Sequence record: MW735835.1
DNA: 64,000 nucleotides
Reading direction: 5' to 3' (one strand)
The notes under the pieces were generated by a model. That model did not search any database, was not told the origin of the DNA, and was given only the letters and a program-made list of their open reading frames with translations. The position numbers and the translations under genes are program-made. Shown piece after piece: positions 1-7,954 of this stretch (position 1 is its first letter; the number at the start of each line of letters is the position of its first letter).

Positions 1-14
1 AACTGATCGTCTCC

Positions 15-359
15 ATGGGCAAGATGGCCAAGACTGTGGAAGACATCGACCACATGGCGCAGATCCGTCCGCTGGGCACCATGGTCGAACTGACAAAGGT
101 CATGACCCAGGCGTACATCAACCTGTGGACCTTCTCCAGTGACCGAGATGGCGTTAATCATTTGCTAGAAGCATGCTACCATCGGCTGAACGAGGTAGAG
201 CGGAAGCACATCTTCGCCGATCAGCTCCAGACCGAGATGCTCGTCAGTATCAACGAACATCGCAAGCGCACCGGCCATCCGACCGTGACCCCATCTGCCG
301 CCTACATGGACATCGCTGTATGGCGCAGTGGTAATGGCGGCGGTGCCGTCTCCGGCTAA
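15..359 (+). CDS. Hypothetical phage protein (start may lie upstream of the window)
   Basis: 114-aa ORF with phage-like C-ending codons, ending just before the promoter motif at 378. Confidence 0.6.
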   Translation: MGKMAKTVEDIDHMAQIRPLGTMVELTKVMTQAYINLWTFSSDRDGVNHLLEACYHRLNEVERKHIFADQLQTEMLVSINEHRKRTGHPTVTPSAAYMDIAVWRSGNGGGAVSG

Positions 360-377
360 TCGAACTTTCCACAATGA

Positions 378-392
378 TACATTATCTTTGTG
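378..392 (+). promoter_or_regulatory. Phage promoter motif TACATTAT-N5-TG upstream of phuZ
   Basis: TACATTAT ctttg TG; same motif and spacing recur at six other intergenic sites. Confidence 0.7.
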
Positions 393-427
393 CACATACT
401 TCAACCACCTCCGTGAGGAAGCAACAC

Positions 428-1420
428 ATGAATCAGAACAACGGCCTCTCTACCCGCCCCGTCGGCAAGATCCGCATCTACGGTTGCGGTGGTGGTGGCG
501 TGAACATCGGTAAGGAATACCTGGATCAGGGTCACAGTGGCGACATCGCCAACATCGAGGCCTGCTTCATCGATACCTCCGACGCCAACCTGGAAGACCG
601 CCTGATCGACAAGACCTGGCTGTTCGACGACCTCGATGGCTCCGGCGCCGTTCGCCAGACCAACGTGGCCGCCATCCAGAAAGCAATTCCCGACATCATC
701 CGCAAGTTCCCGGCGGCCGACGTCAACATCGTGATCTTCACCCTGGCCGGCGGCACCGGCTCGGTCGCAGGTCCGCTGCTACTGCAACAACTGCTGGCCG
801 ACGGCCACATGGCGGTCGCCATCGTCATCGGTGCCAAGCACTCCGGCCGTAACGCCGAGAACACTCTGGCCACCGTCAAGACCCTGGACGCCATCCGTCA
901 CGTCACCGGCAAGCCGGTCGTCATGCACCTGGGCATCAACTCCACCAACGCGCCGACCGATGACGGCGTGGACCGTGAAGCTCATCTGATGATCACCTCG
1001 CTGGCCATGCTGTGCTCCCGCCGTAACCATCGCCTGGACACCGCCGACCTGCGTTCGCTGTTCGACTTCACCAAGTCCACCAGCGCCCCGGCTCAGATGT
1101 GCCGTCTGCACGTGACCGACAACACCGAAGCCTTCAACAAGGTGATGAAGACCGGCCCGCTGGCCGCTGCGTACCTGCTGCGCCAGTCCACCGACCCGGT
1201 ACCGGATCTGTTCGTGCCTTACAGCACCTACGGCACCATGCCGGCCATCGCCCAGGCCAGTGGCAGCCTGTTCTTCGGCATCGAGAGCGGTTCGATGGTT
1301 GAACTGCACAAGCTGGTCGCTGACCTGCAAAAAGAAGTCGAAACCCAGAAGCGGGCGGCTACCCAAGCCACCAACTTCGTCGATGCTCCGCCGGCCGGCG
1401 GCAGCGTCCTGGTCTTCTGA
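428..1420 (+). CDS. phuZ: PhuZ phage tubulin
   Basis: GKIRIYGCGGGGVNIG N-terminal loop, IDTSDAN, GSGAVR, tubulin signature variant AGGTGS, LDTADL T7-like loop; GAGGAA before ATG 428; upstream of chimallin/RNAP cluster. Confidence 0.92.
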   Translation: MNQNNGLSTRPVGKIRIYGCGGGGVNIGKEYLDQGHSGDIANIEACFIDTSDANLEDRLIDKTWLFDDLDGSGAVRQTNVAAIQKAIPDIIRKFPAADVNIVIFTLAGGTGSVAGPLLLQQLLADGHMAVAIVIGAKHSGRNAENTLATVKTLDAIRHVTGKPVVMHLGINSTNAPTDDGVDREAHLMITSLAMLCSRRNHRLDTADLRSLFDFTKSTSAPAQMCRLHVTDNTEAFNKVMKTGPLAAAYLLRQSTDPVPDLFVPYSTYGTMPAIAQASGSLFFGIESGSMVELHKLVADLQKEVETQKRAATQATNFVDAPPAGGSVLVF

Positions 1421-1427
1421 CCCACAC

Positions 1428-1464
1428 GGACTGTGGAGCTAACCCCTCCACAGTCCTTATGCCG
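1428..1464 (+). terminator. Stem-loop terminator followed by TTATGCCG
   Basis: GGACTGTGGAG/CTCCACAGTCC 11-bp stem directly after the phuZ stop. Confidence 0.7.
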
Positions 1465-1487
1465 TGTTACCGAGACAAGGAGATTCC

Positions 1488-1964
1488 ATGTCATCCACCC
1501 ATCCTGGCTACATCAGCGCTGCTCGCCTCGAAGACCTGCGCGACCTGTGCCAACCATCGCAGTTCAATACCACCGAAGAAGCCCACAGCGCCCTGCATAA
1601 CGGCATTATCGGTCTGCTCAAGAATACCGACAAACTCTGGGTCGATGCCCGGCGTTTGATCCCCGGTGACATGTTCATGAACGACGACGCCAGCGGTCGC
1701 GTGTTCATCGTCAAGGATCGTTTCTTCCATTACACCCACCATACCCGGCTGTCTCAGCGTATGGTGTTCGGTGAACCCCAAACCCCGCACGGGACCAACG
1801 TCCTGCAAGGCGAGTACCTCGAACTCTCCCTCAAGGACACTGTGCCCGGCGCATCGTTCTACGCATGCGTTCACACTGGTCTGATTTACAGCGCTGTCGC
1901 AGACAAAGACCCCTTCCCGGATTACAAGATCGGGAAGTCCGTTTACCTCATCACTAAGCCCTAA
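1488..1964 (+). CDS. Hypothetical protein
   Basis: AAGGAG RBS before ATG 1488; ORF track frame 1464..1964. Confidence 0.7.
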   Translation: MSSTHPGYISAARLEDLRDLCQPSQFNTTEEAHSALHNGIIGLLKNTDKLWVDARRLIPGDMFMNDDASGRVFIVKDRFFHYTHHTRLSQRMVFGEPQTPHGTNVLQGEYLELSLKDTVPGASFYACVHTGLIYSAVADKDPFPDYKIGKSVYLITKP

Positions 1965-1976
1965 CAGGAGACCATC

Positions 1977-2687
1977 ATGTCCCAGAAGAAAGAACTGATC
2001 TACGGTGCCGATGGCAAACCCATGTATGAACTGGTCGACACCACCCGTGCCAGTCAGTGCATGAAATGGGTCCCGGTCTACGGCGGCAAGCCGCTGCTCC
2101 GTGTGGGCTTCCTCTCCCCGGTACCGAAGCGTCACCTGACCGACGGCGAGTACATCCACGACAGTCGCCCGATCGCTTGGCCGGTCTACCATCCGTACTG
2201 GATCGTCCGCATGTCTGACGACGCCAACATGCTGATGGCCTACGTCGAGAAGCTGGAAGACGTCAAGGTCTACTGGCCGGAAGCGACCGAGATCACCGTC
2301 TTCGAAGAAGGCGCTGAGCGTTACGGCTTCAACGCCAACTTCCCCGAGCCTACCTGGCTGAAGGAAGTCTGGGCGCCGGAGTTCACCGTGGCTCCGCGTA
2401 AGATCGGCGTGTACCGTATCTTCGACGCCGACAACGATGTCCTGAACATCATCGGCTACAGCGACGACGTGGACTACGCCGTGCAGCTGAACAACCACAA
2501 GCTGGAGTACGGCAACCACGAGGACCAGGAGTTCCAGGCTGAATACCCGGGCTGGCAATACCTGACCATCGAGTTCTACCCGACGCCGACGCTGGAAGCG
2601 GCCAAGGCCAAGTACGACGAGCTGTACAAGTTCCACCACCAGGCCGGCAACGAAGAAGGCAACCTGCCGACCAATCTGTTGATCTGA
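1977..2687 (+). CDS. Two-domain protein with C-terminal degenerate GIY-YIG-like domain
   Basis: CAGGAG RBS; C-terminal GVYRIF...NIIGYSDD...HKLEYGNH pattern resembles GIY-YIG; N-terminal Trp/Pro-rich domain. Confidence 0.6.
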   Translation: MSQKKELIYGADGKPMYELVDTTRASQCMKWVPVYGGKPLLRVGFLSPVPKRHLTDGEYIHDSRPIAWPVYHPYWIVRMSDDANMLMAYVEKLEDVKVYWPEATEITVFEEGAERYGFNANFPEPTWLKEVWAPEFTVAPRKIGVYRIFDADNDVLNIIGYSDDVDYAVQLNNHKLEYGNHEDQEFQAEYPGWQYLTIEFYPTPTLEAAKAKYDELYKFHHQAGNEEGNLPTNLLI

Positions 2688-2692
2688 CCGGC

Positions 2693-2986
2693 ATGAAACC
2701 GTTCACGTCAGATTTGTTGAGCGGTTTCGATGAGACCACCGAGCAGGCCCAGCTTGCTCGGTTCTCCAGGAAGCGACTGGTTCAGACGAGCCCGCCGTAT
2801 CCTTGTGTACTCGAAGCGCTTGACGCAGCCGAGGCAAATAACCACATGGACTTCTGCGATTACAGTTACGTTGATTCCCGTAATCGCGTGGTAGCCATCT
2901 TTGAATACAACGATGTGACGCCTGACAAGCCCGTTGGTAAAGGGCAAGAACGCGTCCTCATCCCGCACTACGAGAGAAAGCCATGA
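2693..2986 (+). CDS. Hypothetical protein
   Basis: 97-aa ORF packed in operon, overlaps next start (ATGA). Confidence 0.55.
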   Translation: MKPFTSDLLSGFDETTEQAQLARFSRKRLVQTSPPYPCVLEALDAAEANNHMDFCDYSYVDSRNRVVAIFEYNDVTPDKPVGKGQERVLIPHYERKP

Positions 2987-3168
2987 TCAACCCGTATGGG
3001 AAACTGAACGATGAAGTCCTGGACCTTGCAGTCAAGATGAAGATCGAGCCCGACTTCTCCAACGTACGCCAACGGGTACGCAACGCATCGCTGGCCATGA
3101 AGGTCAAATACAAGCGTGCGATTATCGCCAACTCCATCGACAACCTGCTTGACGGCAACGATTTCTGA
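2983..3168 (+). CDS. Small hypothetical protein
   Basis: 61-aa ORF with GAGAAAG upstream; ATGA coupling. Confidence 0.55.
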   Translation: MINPYGKLNDEVLDLAVKMKIEPDFSNVRQRVRNASLAMKVKYKRAIIANSIDNLLDGNDF

Positions 3169-3178
3169 GGACAACCCC

Positions 3179-3382
3179 ATGTGCACCATCTTTGAATGTG
3201 AAAAGTGCGGCAACGTCGACTCCATCCATGCTACCCAGCAAACCAGCGTGGGTTACGAGTGCGGCCGTTGCAAGACCGGCGAATGGCATGGCCAGTTCCC
3301 CGAAGAGCGCTACGAGTTCGAGAAGCACGGCCCTGCGCTGAACAAGTCCAACCCCTCGGGTGACTACGCCAGTTTCAGTTGA
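3179..3382 (+). CDS. Small zinc-ribbon protein
   Basis: GAGGA RBS; CEKC...CGRC...WHG. Confidence 0.65.
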   Translation: MCTIFECEKCGNVDSIHATQQTSVGYECGRCKTGEWHGQFPEERYEFEKHGPALNKSNPSGDYASFS

Positions 3383-3390
3383 TCCATCAA

Positions 3391-3432
3391 AGAGAGCAGA
3401 GGAATTCCTCTGCTCTCTGGCTTTATTTTTTC
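3391..3432 (+). terminator. Intrinsic terminator
   Basis: AGAGAGCAGAGG/CCTCTGCTCTCT 12-bp stem then CTTTATTTTTT. Confidence 0.85.
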
Positions 3433-3486
3433 AGACGACCAACCGGTTATTATATACTGGGGTGACCTATTCTGTAGGGGGAGGAT

Positions 3487-3828
3487 ATGAATATCGAATT
3501 TAAGGGCCCTACGGCGCTCATCTTCGACGTTTCAGCCCTTACCGGTACCCTAGATATAGGTGGAATGATTCCGCCTCTTGCATGGCAGTTTGTGATCGAG
3601 CAAGACCTGATCGAAAAAGTCGGATTGACGATGGTGTCCACAACACCTCACTGTCCTTCGTTGGAGAATCAGTACAGCTTGATTCGCAAGTTGCAAGACC
3701 GGTACGAGCAGACGTTCGTTGATCAGCTTGATCAGCACTTGACAGCGCACCTGCGCTTGTTCGGGTTATCAATCGAGATGACATTGGATTACTTGGTCGT
3801 CTTTAAAGAGAACACACTTAGGAGTTAG
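3487..3828 (+). CDS. Hypothetical protein, first of small-gene array
   Basis: GGAGGA RBS; 113 aa. Confidence 0.65.
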   Translation: MNIEFKGPTALIFDVSALTGTLDIGGMIPPLAWQFVIEQDLIEKVGLTMVSTTPHCPSLENQYSLIRKLQDRYEQTFVDQLDQHLTAHLRLFGLSIEMTLDYLVVFKENTLRS

Positions 3829-3830
3829 CC

Positions 3831-4439
3831 GTGCAAAACATCGCAGTCCCCATTTCCGAGCTAGTCTCGTACCTTGATGAGACGCTCAGCCTGTGGCCTC
3901 GTGGCTACAACGTAGAGCCCACTGGCCCGGCGCGGAGTGATGTACTGGTACGAGCTGCTGCTGCGTTCGCCCAAGATTACATCCTGATGTCCATGCGTCA
4001 TTTGCGTCGGAAACCTGACCCGTTCCTGACCTTGCTGGATCATCTGGGTTACCCACTGCGCGCCATGTCGGAAGCTGAAACGGATGAGCTGTGCAATGAG
4101 GCGGATGACTTCTTCCTCAACATGACTCTGATGTTCGACCAATTCGTCGACGGTGTGGTTAAGGCTGTCGGGACCCGCAACGTGGAGTTCCGGCACATCG
4201 CGTTCACCGAAGACCTGATCATCGAGGTGAAAGAAGATGCCGCTGCCGAGCGGTACAAGCGCATGCTGATGAAAGTCAAGCGGTTGACCCCTCCGACCCG
4301 CGTGCAAGAGGTCGATGACCTCGGGCCGTATCAGGAATACATCGATTACGCGTTGGGTGAGGTGTTCAACAACATCCACAACCCGACGATTCATGATGAA
4401 GTCAAGCGCATGTTCACCGAGAGCCTCAACCGTCAGTAA
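3831..4439 (+). CDS. Hypothetical acidic protein (array member)
   Basis: AGGAG RBS + GTG; 202 aa. Confidence 0.75.
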   Translation: MQNIAVPISELVSYLDETLSLWPRGYNVEPTGPARSDVLVRAAAAFAQDYILMSMRHLRRKPDPFLTLLDHLGYPLRAMSEAETDELCNEADDFFLNMTLMFDQFVDGVVKAVGTRNVEFRHIAFTEDLIIEVKEDAAAERYKRMLMKVKRLTPPTRVQEVDDLGPYQEYIDYALGEVFNNIHNPTIHDEVKRMFTESLNRQ

Positions 4440-4450
4440 GGTGTCGTCCC

Positions 4451-4894
4451 ATGGTGAGTTTCCTAGTGTCAACTGGCGAGATGGAGAGCATGATCATGGA
4501 CATGCTTTCCGATCAGTTTGGTGGTTGCTTCACAATGGAGGCGACCAACGTCATCGGCCGCCTGGTCGATACCTATAATCGGACGGAGTCAGCCGAACTG
4601 GTTGATGCCGTGATCGAGTCGATCAGGATGCCCTTGGTTGACTACTCCCCCGTGGATGTCATCGTGGACCACTTCCTGGCTCTCGTACAGAAGCCAGTGG
4701 ATCTTACGGTGTACGTGCCGAACCTGGAATACAGTGCCGCGAACGATACGATCGTGGTACGCCAGTTCAAGCGCCCGGTGCCTAACCCTACAACCCGAAT
4801 AAAGGAAGACTTCAACCATGCCCAACAGCAGGGTGACTTCTTTCCTGAAAGGCTACGGCGCGCTTACGAAGAGCTTGTATCCTCAGGCATATAA
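4451..4894 (+). CDS. Hypothetical acidic protein (array member)
   Basis: TAAGG upstream; 147 aa. Confidence 0.65.
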   Translation: MVSFLVSTGEMESMIMDMLSDQFGGCFTMEATNVIGRLVDTYNRTESAELVDAVIESIRMPLVDYSPVDVIVDHFLALVQKPVDLTVYVPNLEYSAANDTIVVRQFKRPVPNPTTRIKEDFNHAQQQGDFFPERLRRAYEELVSSGI

Positions 4895-5306
4895 GCCTTA
4901 TCACGTCGACCGTGTCACGGTGGGTCCAGCCCCTGACACGGTACGTTTCGTGTTGGTGGAAAGCCCGATGGAACACGAGACCTTTAAGGAGTATTACCGT
5001 CAACTGGGACGGATAGGGATCATGATCCCCATGGTCGAGATGATTAACTGCGCTCTCAGGCGCAGGAGTGTCCTCGACACGCGTGCTGGCCGTTCATGGA
5101 TCAACAGAACATCAGAGGAGCGCGTCGCGCTCTTCAAAGCAGAGATAGCTAACATCAACCTAGCCATGCAGTTAGGGTTCAACGGACTCTTGCGCAATGC
5201 CTGTGGGGATTGCCTTGTCATGGAGTACTGTGACGGCTTGATGGTTATAGAGGTGAGAAGAGTTGTCGACTGGAATAAGCTCAATCGCTTTGAAGTTACC
5301 GTATGA
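4818..5306 (+). CDS. Hypothetical protein (array member; start uncertain)
   Basis: ORF track; fits tiling of the array. Confidence 0.55.
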   Translation: MPNSRVTSFLKGYGALTKSLYPQAYKPYHVDRVTVGPAPDTVRFVLVESPMEHETFKEYYRQLGRIGIMIPMVEMINCALRRRSVLDTRAGRSWINRTSEERVALFKAEIANINLAMQLGFNGLLRNACGDCLVMEYCDGLMVIEVRRVVDWNKLNRFEVTV

Positions 5307-5319
5307 CGGGGCGTTCAAT

Positions 5320-5826
5320 ATGCTCGGCAGGAAGCTGGCCGATCAAATTGGCGCCTCGGCATTACTTTATGCCGCAATAGCGTATTTTGTCTTCGATGAG
5401 GCGTTCTACCTTGAGGACCTCTCGGAGAATTTTCCCGAGTTGCATGATGATTTGCTGTGGTGGTGTGATGACATCTATTCATCGTTTTACGCCACCTTCA
5501 AGAACCTTAGGACCTTTTATGAAACTACCGATGATCCTGCCCAGGAACGCGCTCATTCGCCAATGTGCGGAAAGCGGTGGCGTCGGGCACAAAGACCGTT
5601 CCAGCTTCTCAGGGTCGTCTATTACGAACCCGATGAAGATGTCTACATTACGGCCTCGCGAGACCCGAGTGATCATCACCTTGGAAGCATCTGGCGAATT
5701 TCTGGGCAACGTCCTGAAAGTGTGCTCGGCAACAGGCATGAGCATCGAGGAATTGTTTTCCTACCTTTCCAACGCTCTCGACGCCTACCGCGCCGATCAA
5801 TTCCCACCGGCCCTGTTGATGAATGA
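5320..5826 (+). CDS. Hypothetical protein (array member; 3-prime end overlaps next gene)
   Basis: ATG 5320 in ORF 5263..5826; acidic/aromatic body. Confidence 0.55.
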   Translation: MLGRKLADQIGASALLYAAIAYFVFDEAFYLEDLSENFPELHDDLLWWCDDIYSSFYATFKNLRTFYETTDDPAQERAHSPMCGKRWRRAQRPFQLLRVVYYEPDEDVYITASRDPSDHHLGSIWRISGQRPESVLGNRHEHRGIVFLPFQRSRRLPRRSIPTGPVDE

Positions 5827-6064
5827 CCGCTTGCCACGAGCTGAGCAGGTCGACGTCCAGGCCACGCTTGGCAACCTGATCGAACAGTACACCGCAGAGA
5901 CGGAACAACTGGTGAAATTGATCGGTGTGCCACGCCTCGTGGAGGTACATGGAGATGATGATATTGCCGTTGTCGAAGTCAGCAAACCAGAACCTGAGCC
6001 CCTGCCAAGTCCCGATCGCATTGTGCATCCCCGTCGAAGGAGACTGGTTAAGCACGATCGATAG
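5669..6064 (+). CDS. Hypothetical protein (array member; probable GTG start)
   Basis: Protein-like portion of ORF 5387..6064 begins VIITLEAS at GTG 5669. Confidence 0.5.
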   Translation: MIITLEASGEFLGNVLKVCSATGMSIEELFSYLSNALDAYRADQFPPALLMNDRLPRAEQVDVQATLGNLIEQYTAETEQLVKLIGVPRLVEVHGDDDIAVVEVSKPEPEPLPSPDRIVHPRRRRLVKHDR

Positions 6065-6356
6065 AGAACTGCTCGTTGTCTGCGTTTCCTCGGCCCTAGC
6101 GGGTGTAATTAAGAACACCATTGCCGCTGAATATGGGCAAGCACTCAGTTATTGGATGAGGAAGTCTACGAATCGTCGGCATTCCATGGCACGCTTGATG
6201 GTGCAGTTGGACGAAGCTTTCGAGCTGGTGCTGGCAGTGTTTGTAGGCATTGCAGATCAACTAAGTAGATACCGGTTCATCGAATCGCTAGTCACCGAGT
6301 TGGTGGCGTACGATGCGGCTGACGGATCATTGGTAGTGAGAATTTCCGATGGCTGA
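5925..6356 (+). CDS. Hypothetical protein (array member; start uncertain)
   Basis: ORF track; C-terminal YDAADGSLVVRI like neighbours. Confidence 0.5.
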   Translation: MCHASWRYMEMMILPLSKSANQNLSPCQVPIALCIPVEGDWLSTIDRELLVVCVSSALAGVIKNTIAAEYGQALSYWMRKSTNRRHSMARLMVQLDEAFELVLAVFVGIADQLSRYRFIESLVTELVAYDAADGSLVVRISDG

Positions 6357-6705
6357 ATGTAACATCATCCTGGACGGCGTCGACATCCATCGACGCTTCC
6401 TGGACGACCTGTCAAGGGTCTTTGACCACCAGTACGATATCGATGAGGTCTACGCCTTATATCCCGACTGGTGCCGTCGTGGGCAGATTCACGTGGATGC
6501 CTACGCCCGGCCGCTGTACCCGGTTTTCCCCGGCTCCGCAAAAGAAGAGCAAGAAGAAGCCGAAGATAACTTCATAGCCTTGCGAAATGCTATGATCAAC
6601 CTGTACTGCGCGATTGATCGTGCAACTCCCGGATTGGACCGTCGCAGCGTCGTGCATGCTGGATTCTACCCGGGCGAAGAAGCACTGATCATCACCACCC
6701 GCTAA
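6349..6705 (+). CDS. Hypothetical acidic protein (array member)
   Basis: 118 aa; overlaps previous stop. Confidence 0.7.
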   Translation: MAECNIILDGVDIHRRFLDDLSRVFDHQYDIDEVYALYPDWCRRGQIHVDAYARPLYPVFPGSAKEEQEEAEDNFIALRNAMINLYCAIDRATPGLDRRSVVHAGFYPGEEALIITTR

Positions 6706-6713
6706 GGACATCC

Positions 6714-7010
6714 ATGATCATCATCAATACTTCAGAGGTCATCGCTGACCTAATACCTGAGGTATGTCACCACCTAGACCCGGATGCGCCGTTTTACGAC
6801 GAACTCCCTCTGGATGTTCGGAAGTACTTCAAGGCACTCATTCTAAAAGCCTTCAACGCTGCCAAGCAGGAAGACCTGTACTGCAACGTGAACTGGCTTT
6901 TGCGCATCCAGTGCGACCGATCGTTTATCGCCGTCGCCGACAGGCGGTGGGTAGACGTAGAAGTGGTTGACTCCGACGGGACCTTCGTTTTACTTATCGA
7001 GGAACGCTAA
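6714..7010 (+). CDS. Hypothetical acidic protein (array member)
   Basis: TAAGGA RBS; 98 aa. Confidence 0.7.
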   Translation: MIIINTSEVIADLIPEVCHHLDPDAPFYDELPLDVRKYFKALILKAFNAAKQEDLYCNVNWLLRIQCDRSFIAVADRRWVDVEVVDSDGTFVLLIEER

Positions 7011-7012
7011 TC

Positions 7013-7420
7013 ATGATTTCTGAATACGTCGGTAAGACGGTGCGTTTCAACACGCTGGCGCCCAATGTCCTGGGCGCTAACCGTGACAACGTCATCGTCA
7101 AGGCCGTCCTCGACCTCGACACTGCGCGACTGCTCAGCGATGTGCGGTCCAAGCACGCTCAGGTCAAGCCTTACATCGCCAATCTGCCGGAAGCGGCTGG
7201 TTCGTACAGTTACGTCAAGCTGGTTCACGGCAACGGTCAGTCAGAAGTTCTGGGTGTGCCGTGGGTAGACAGCAGCACCATTGAAATCATCTCCGATCGG
7301 AAACTGGTCGTCACCATCGACAAGGTGAGCGACTCCACCGAACAACTCGTGCGTGAGGCGCTGTTGCAAAATGGTGTTTCGAACTTCAAGATCGACTACG
7401 CGGGCACCGTGGCCTCCTAA
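7013..7420 (+). CDS. Hypothetical beta-rich protein, probably conserved in phiKZ-like phages
   Basis: GAGGA RBS; stronger codon bias than neighbours; position just before DNA polymerase. Confidence 0.75.
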   Translation: MISEYVGKTVRFNTLAPNVLGANRDNVIVKAVLDLDTARLLSDVRSKHAQVKPYIANLPEAAGSYSYVKLVHGNGQSEVLGVPWVDSSTIEIISDRKLVVTIDKVSDSTEQLVREALLQNGVSNFKIDYAGTVAS

Positions 7421-7880
7421 GCCTCGCCGCCCTGATTACCGCCTCGACAGACGGGAGGGCTATGAAAACCAAGTCCTCCTTCCTTTTGATGACCGCTTCA
7501 TGTCCGGTTACGGCGATTTCCTTGACAAGGTCGATTCGATCGCCTGTCAGTACGAGGTCTCCGATGACGCTCGACACGGGATGTTCCAGCTCACCCAGTT
7601 GGCCGTCCATGTCGAGATCATGATAGAAGAGAAGAACGGGGAAACAGCCCTTGCTGATAACTTCATGGAAGACGTCTACAGCACCCTTGGTGATGTCGTG
7701 GGCGGAGCTTTCATGGATGCTGTGCTGGAGTTTCACAACGACAAGCCACCCCCGCGTGATCTGGATACCTTGAGGATGGTGCATGCTCAGTCTGAAGGCT
7801 TTGTCCTGATGGGCGTGACCCCTGTACGTGAAGAAGACACGATCATCTACACGTTCGTCAACTTGGGATTCAGTCAATAA
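7353..7880 (+). CDS. Hypothetical acidic protein (start uncertain; possible frameshift near 7462)
   Basis: Protein-like frame from 7461; the best RBS-ATG (7462) is out of frame. Confidence 0.55.
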   Translation: MRRCCKMVFRTSRSTTRAPWPPKPRRPDYRLDRREGYENQVLLPFDDRFMSGYGDFLDKVDSIACQYEVSDDARHGMFQLTQLAVHVEIMIEEKNGETALADNFMEDVYSTLGDVVGGAFMDAVLEFHNDKPPPRDLDTLRMVHAQSEGFVLMGVTPVREEDTIIYTFVNLGFSQ

Positions 7881-7883
7881 AAA

Positions 7884-7930
7884 CGGAGAGTAGCTCTATT
7901 ATGAGCTACTCTCCGATACTTTATTTTTTC
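7884..7930 (+). terminator. Intrinsic terminator
   Basis: CGGAGAGTAGCTC/GAGCTACTCTCCG 13-bp stem then CTTTATTTTTT. Confidence 0.85.
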
Positions 7931-7954
7931 TTTTGTTGGGACAAGGCACGAGCG

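Noticed and set aside
428-1420. Bacterial FtsZ
   Set aside because: Short, divergent signature (AGGTGS), no FtsZ C-terminal peptide, and a chimallin/RNAP context; PhuZ fits better.
3448-3464. TATTATATAC as the same promoter class
   Set aside because: Good promoter position, but it does not align to TACATTAT-N5-TG. It may be another class, which a single copy cannot support.
5644-5651. TACATTAC as another promoter copy
   Set aside because: Inside a CDS and lacks the TG at +6.
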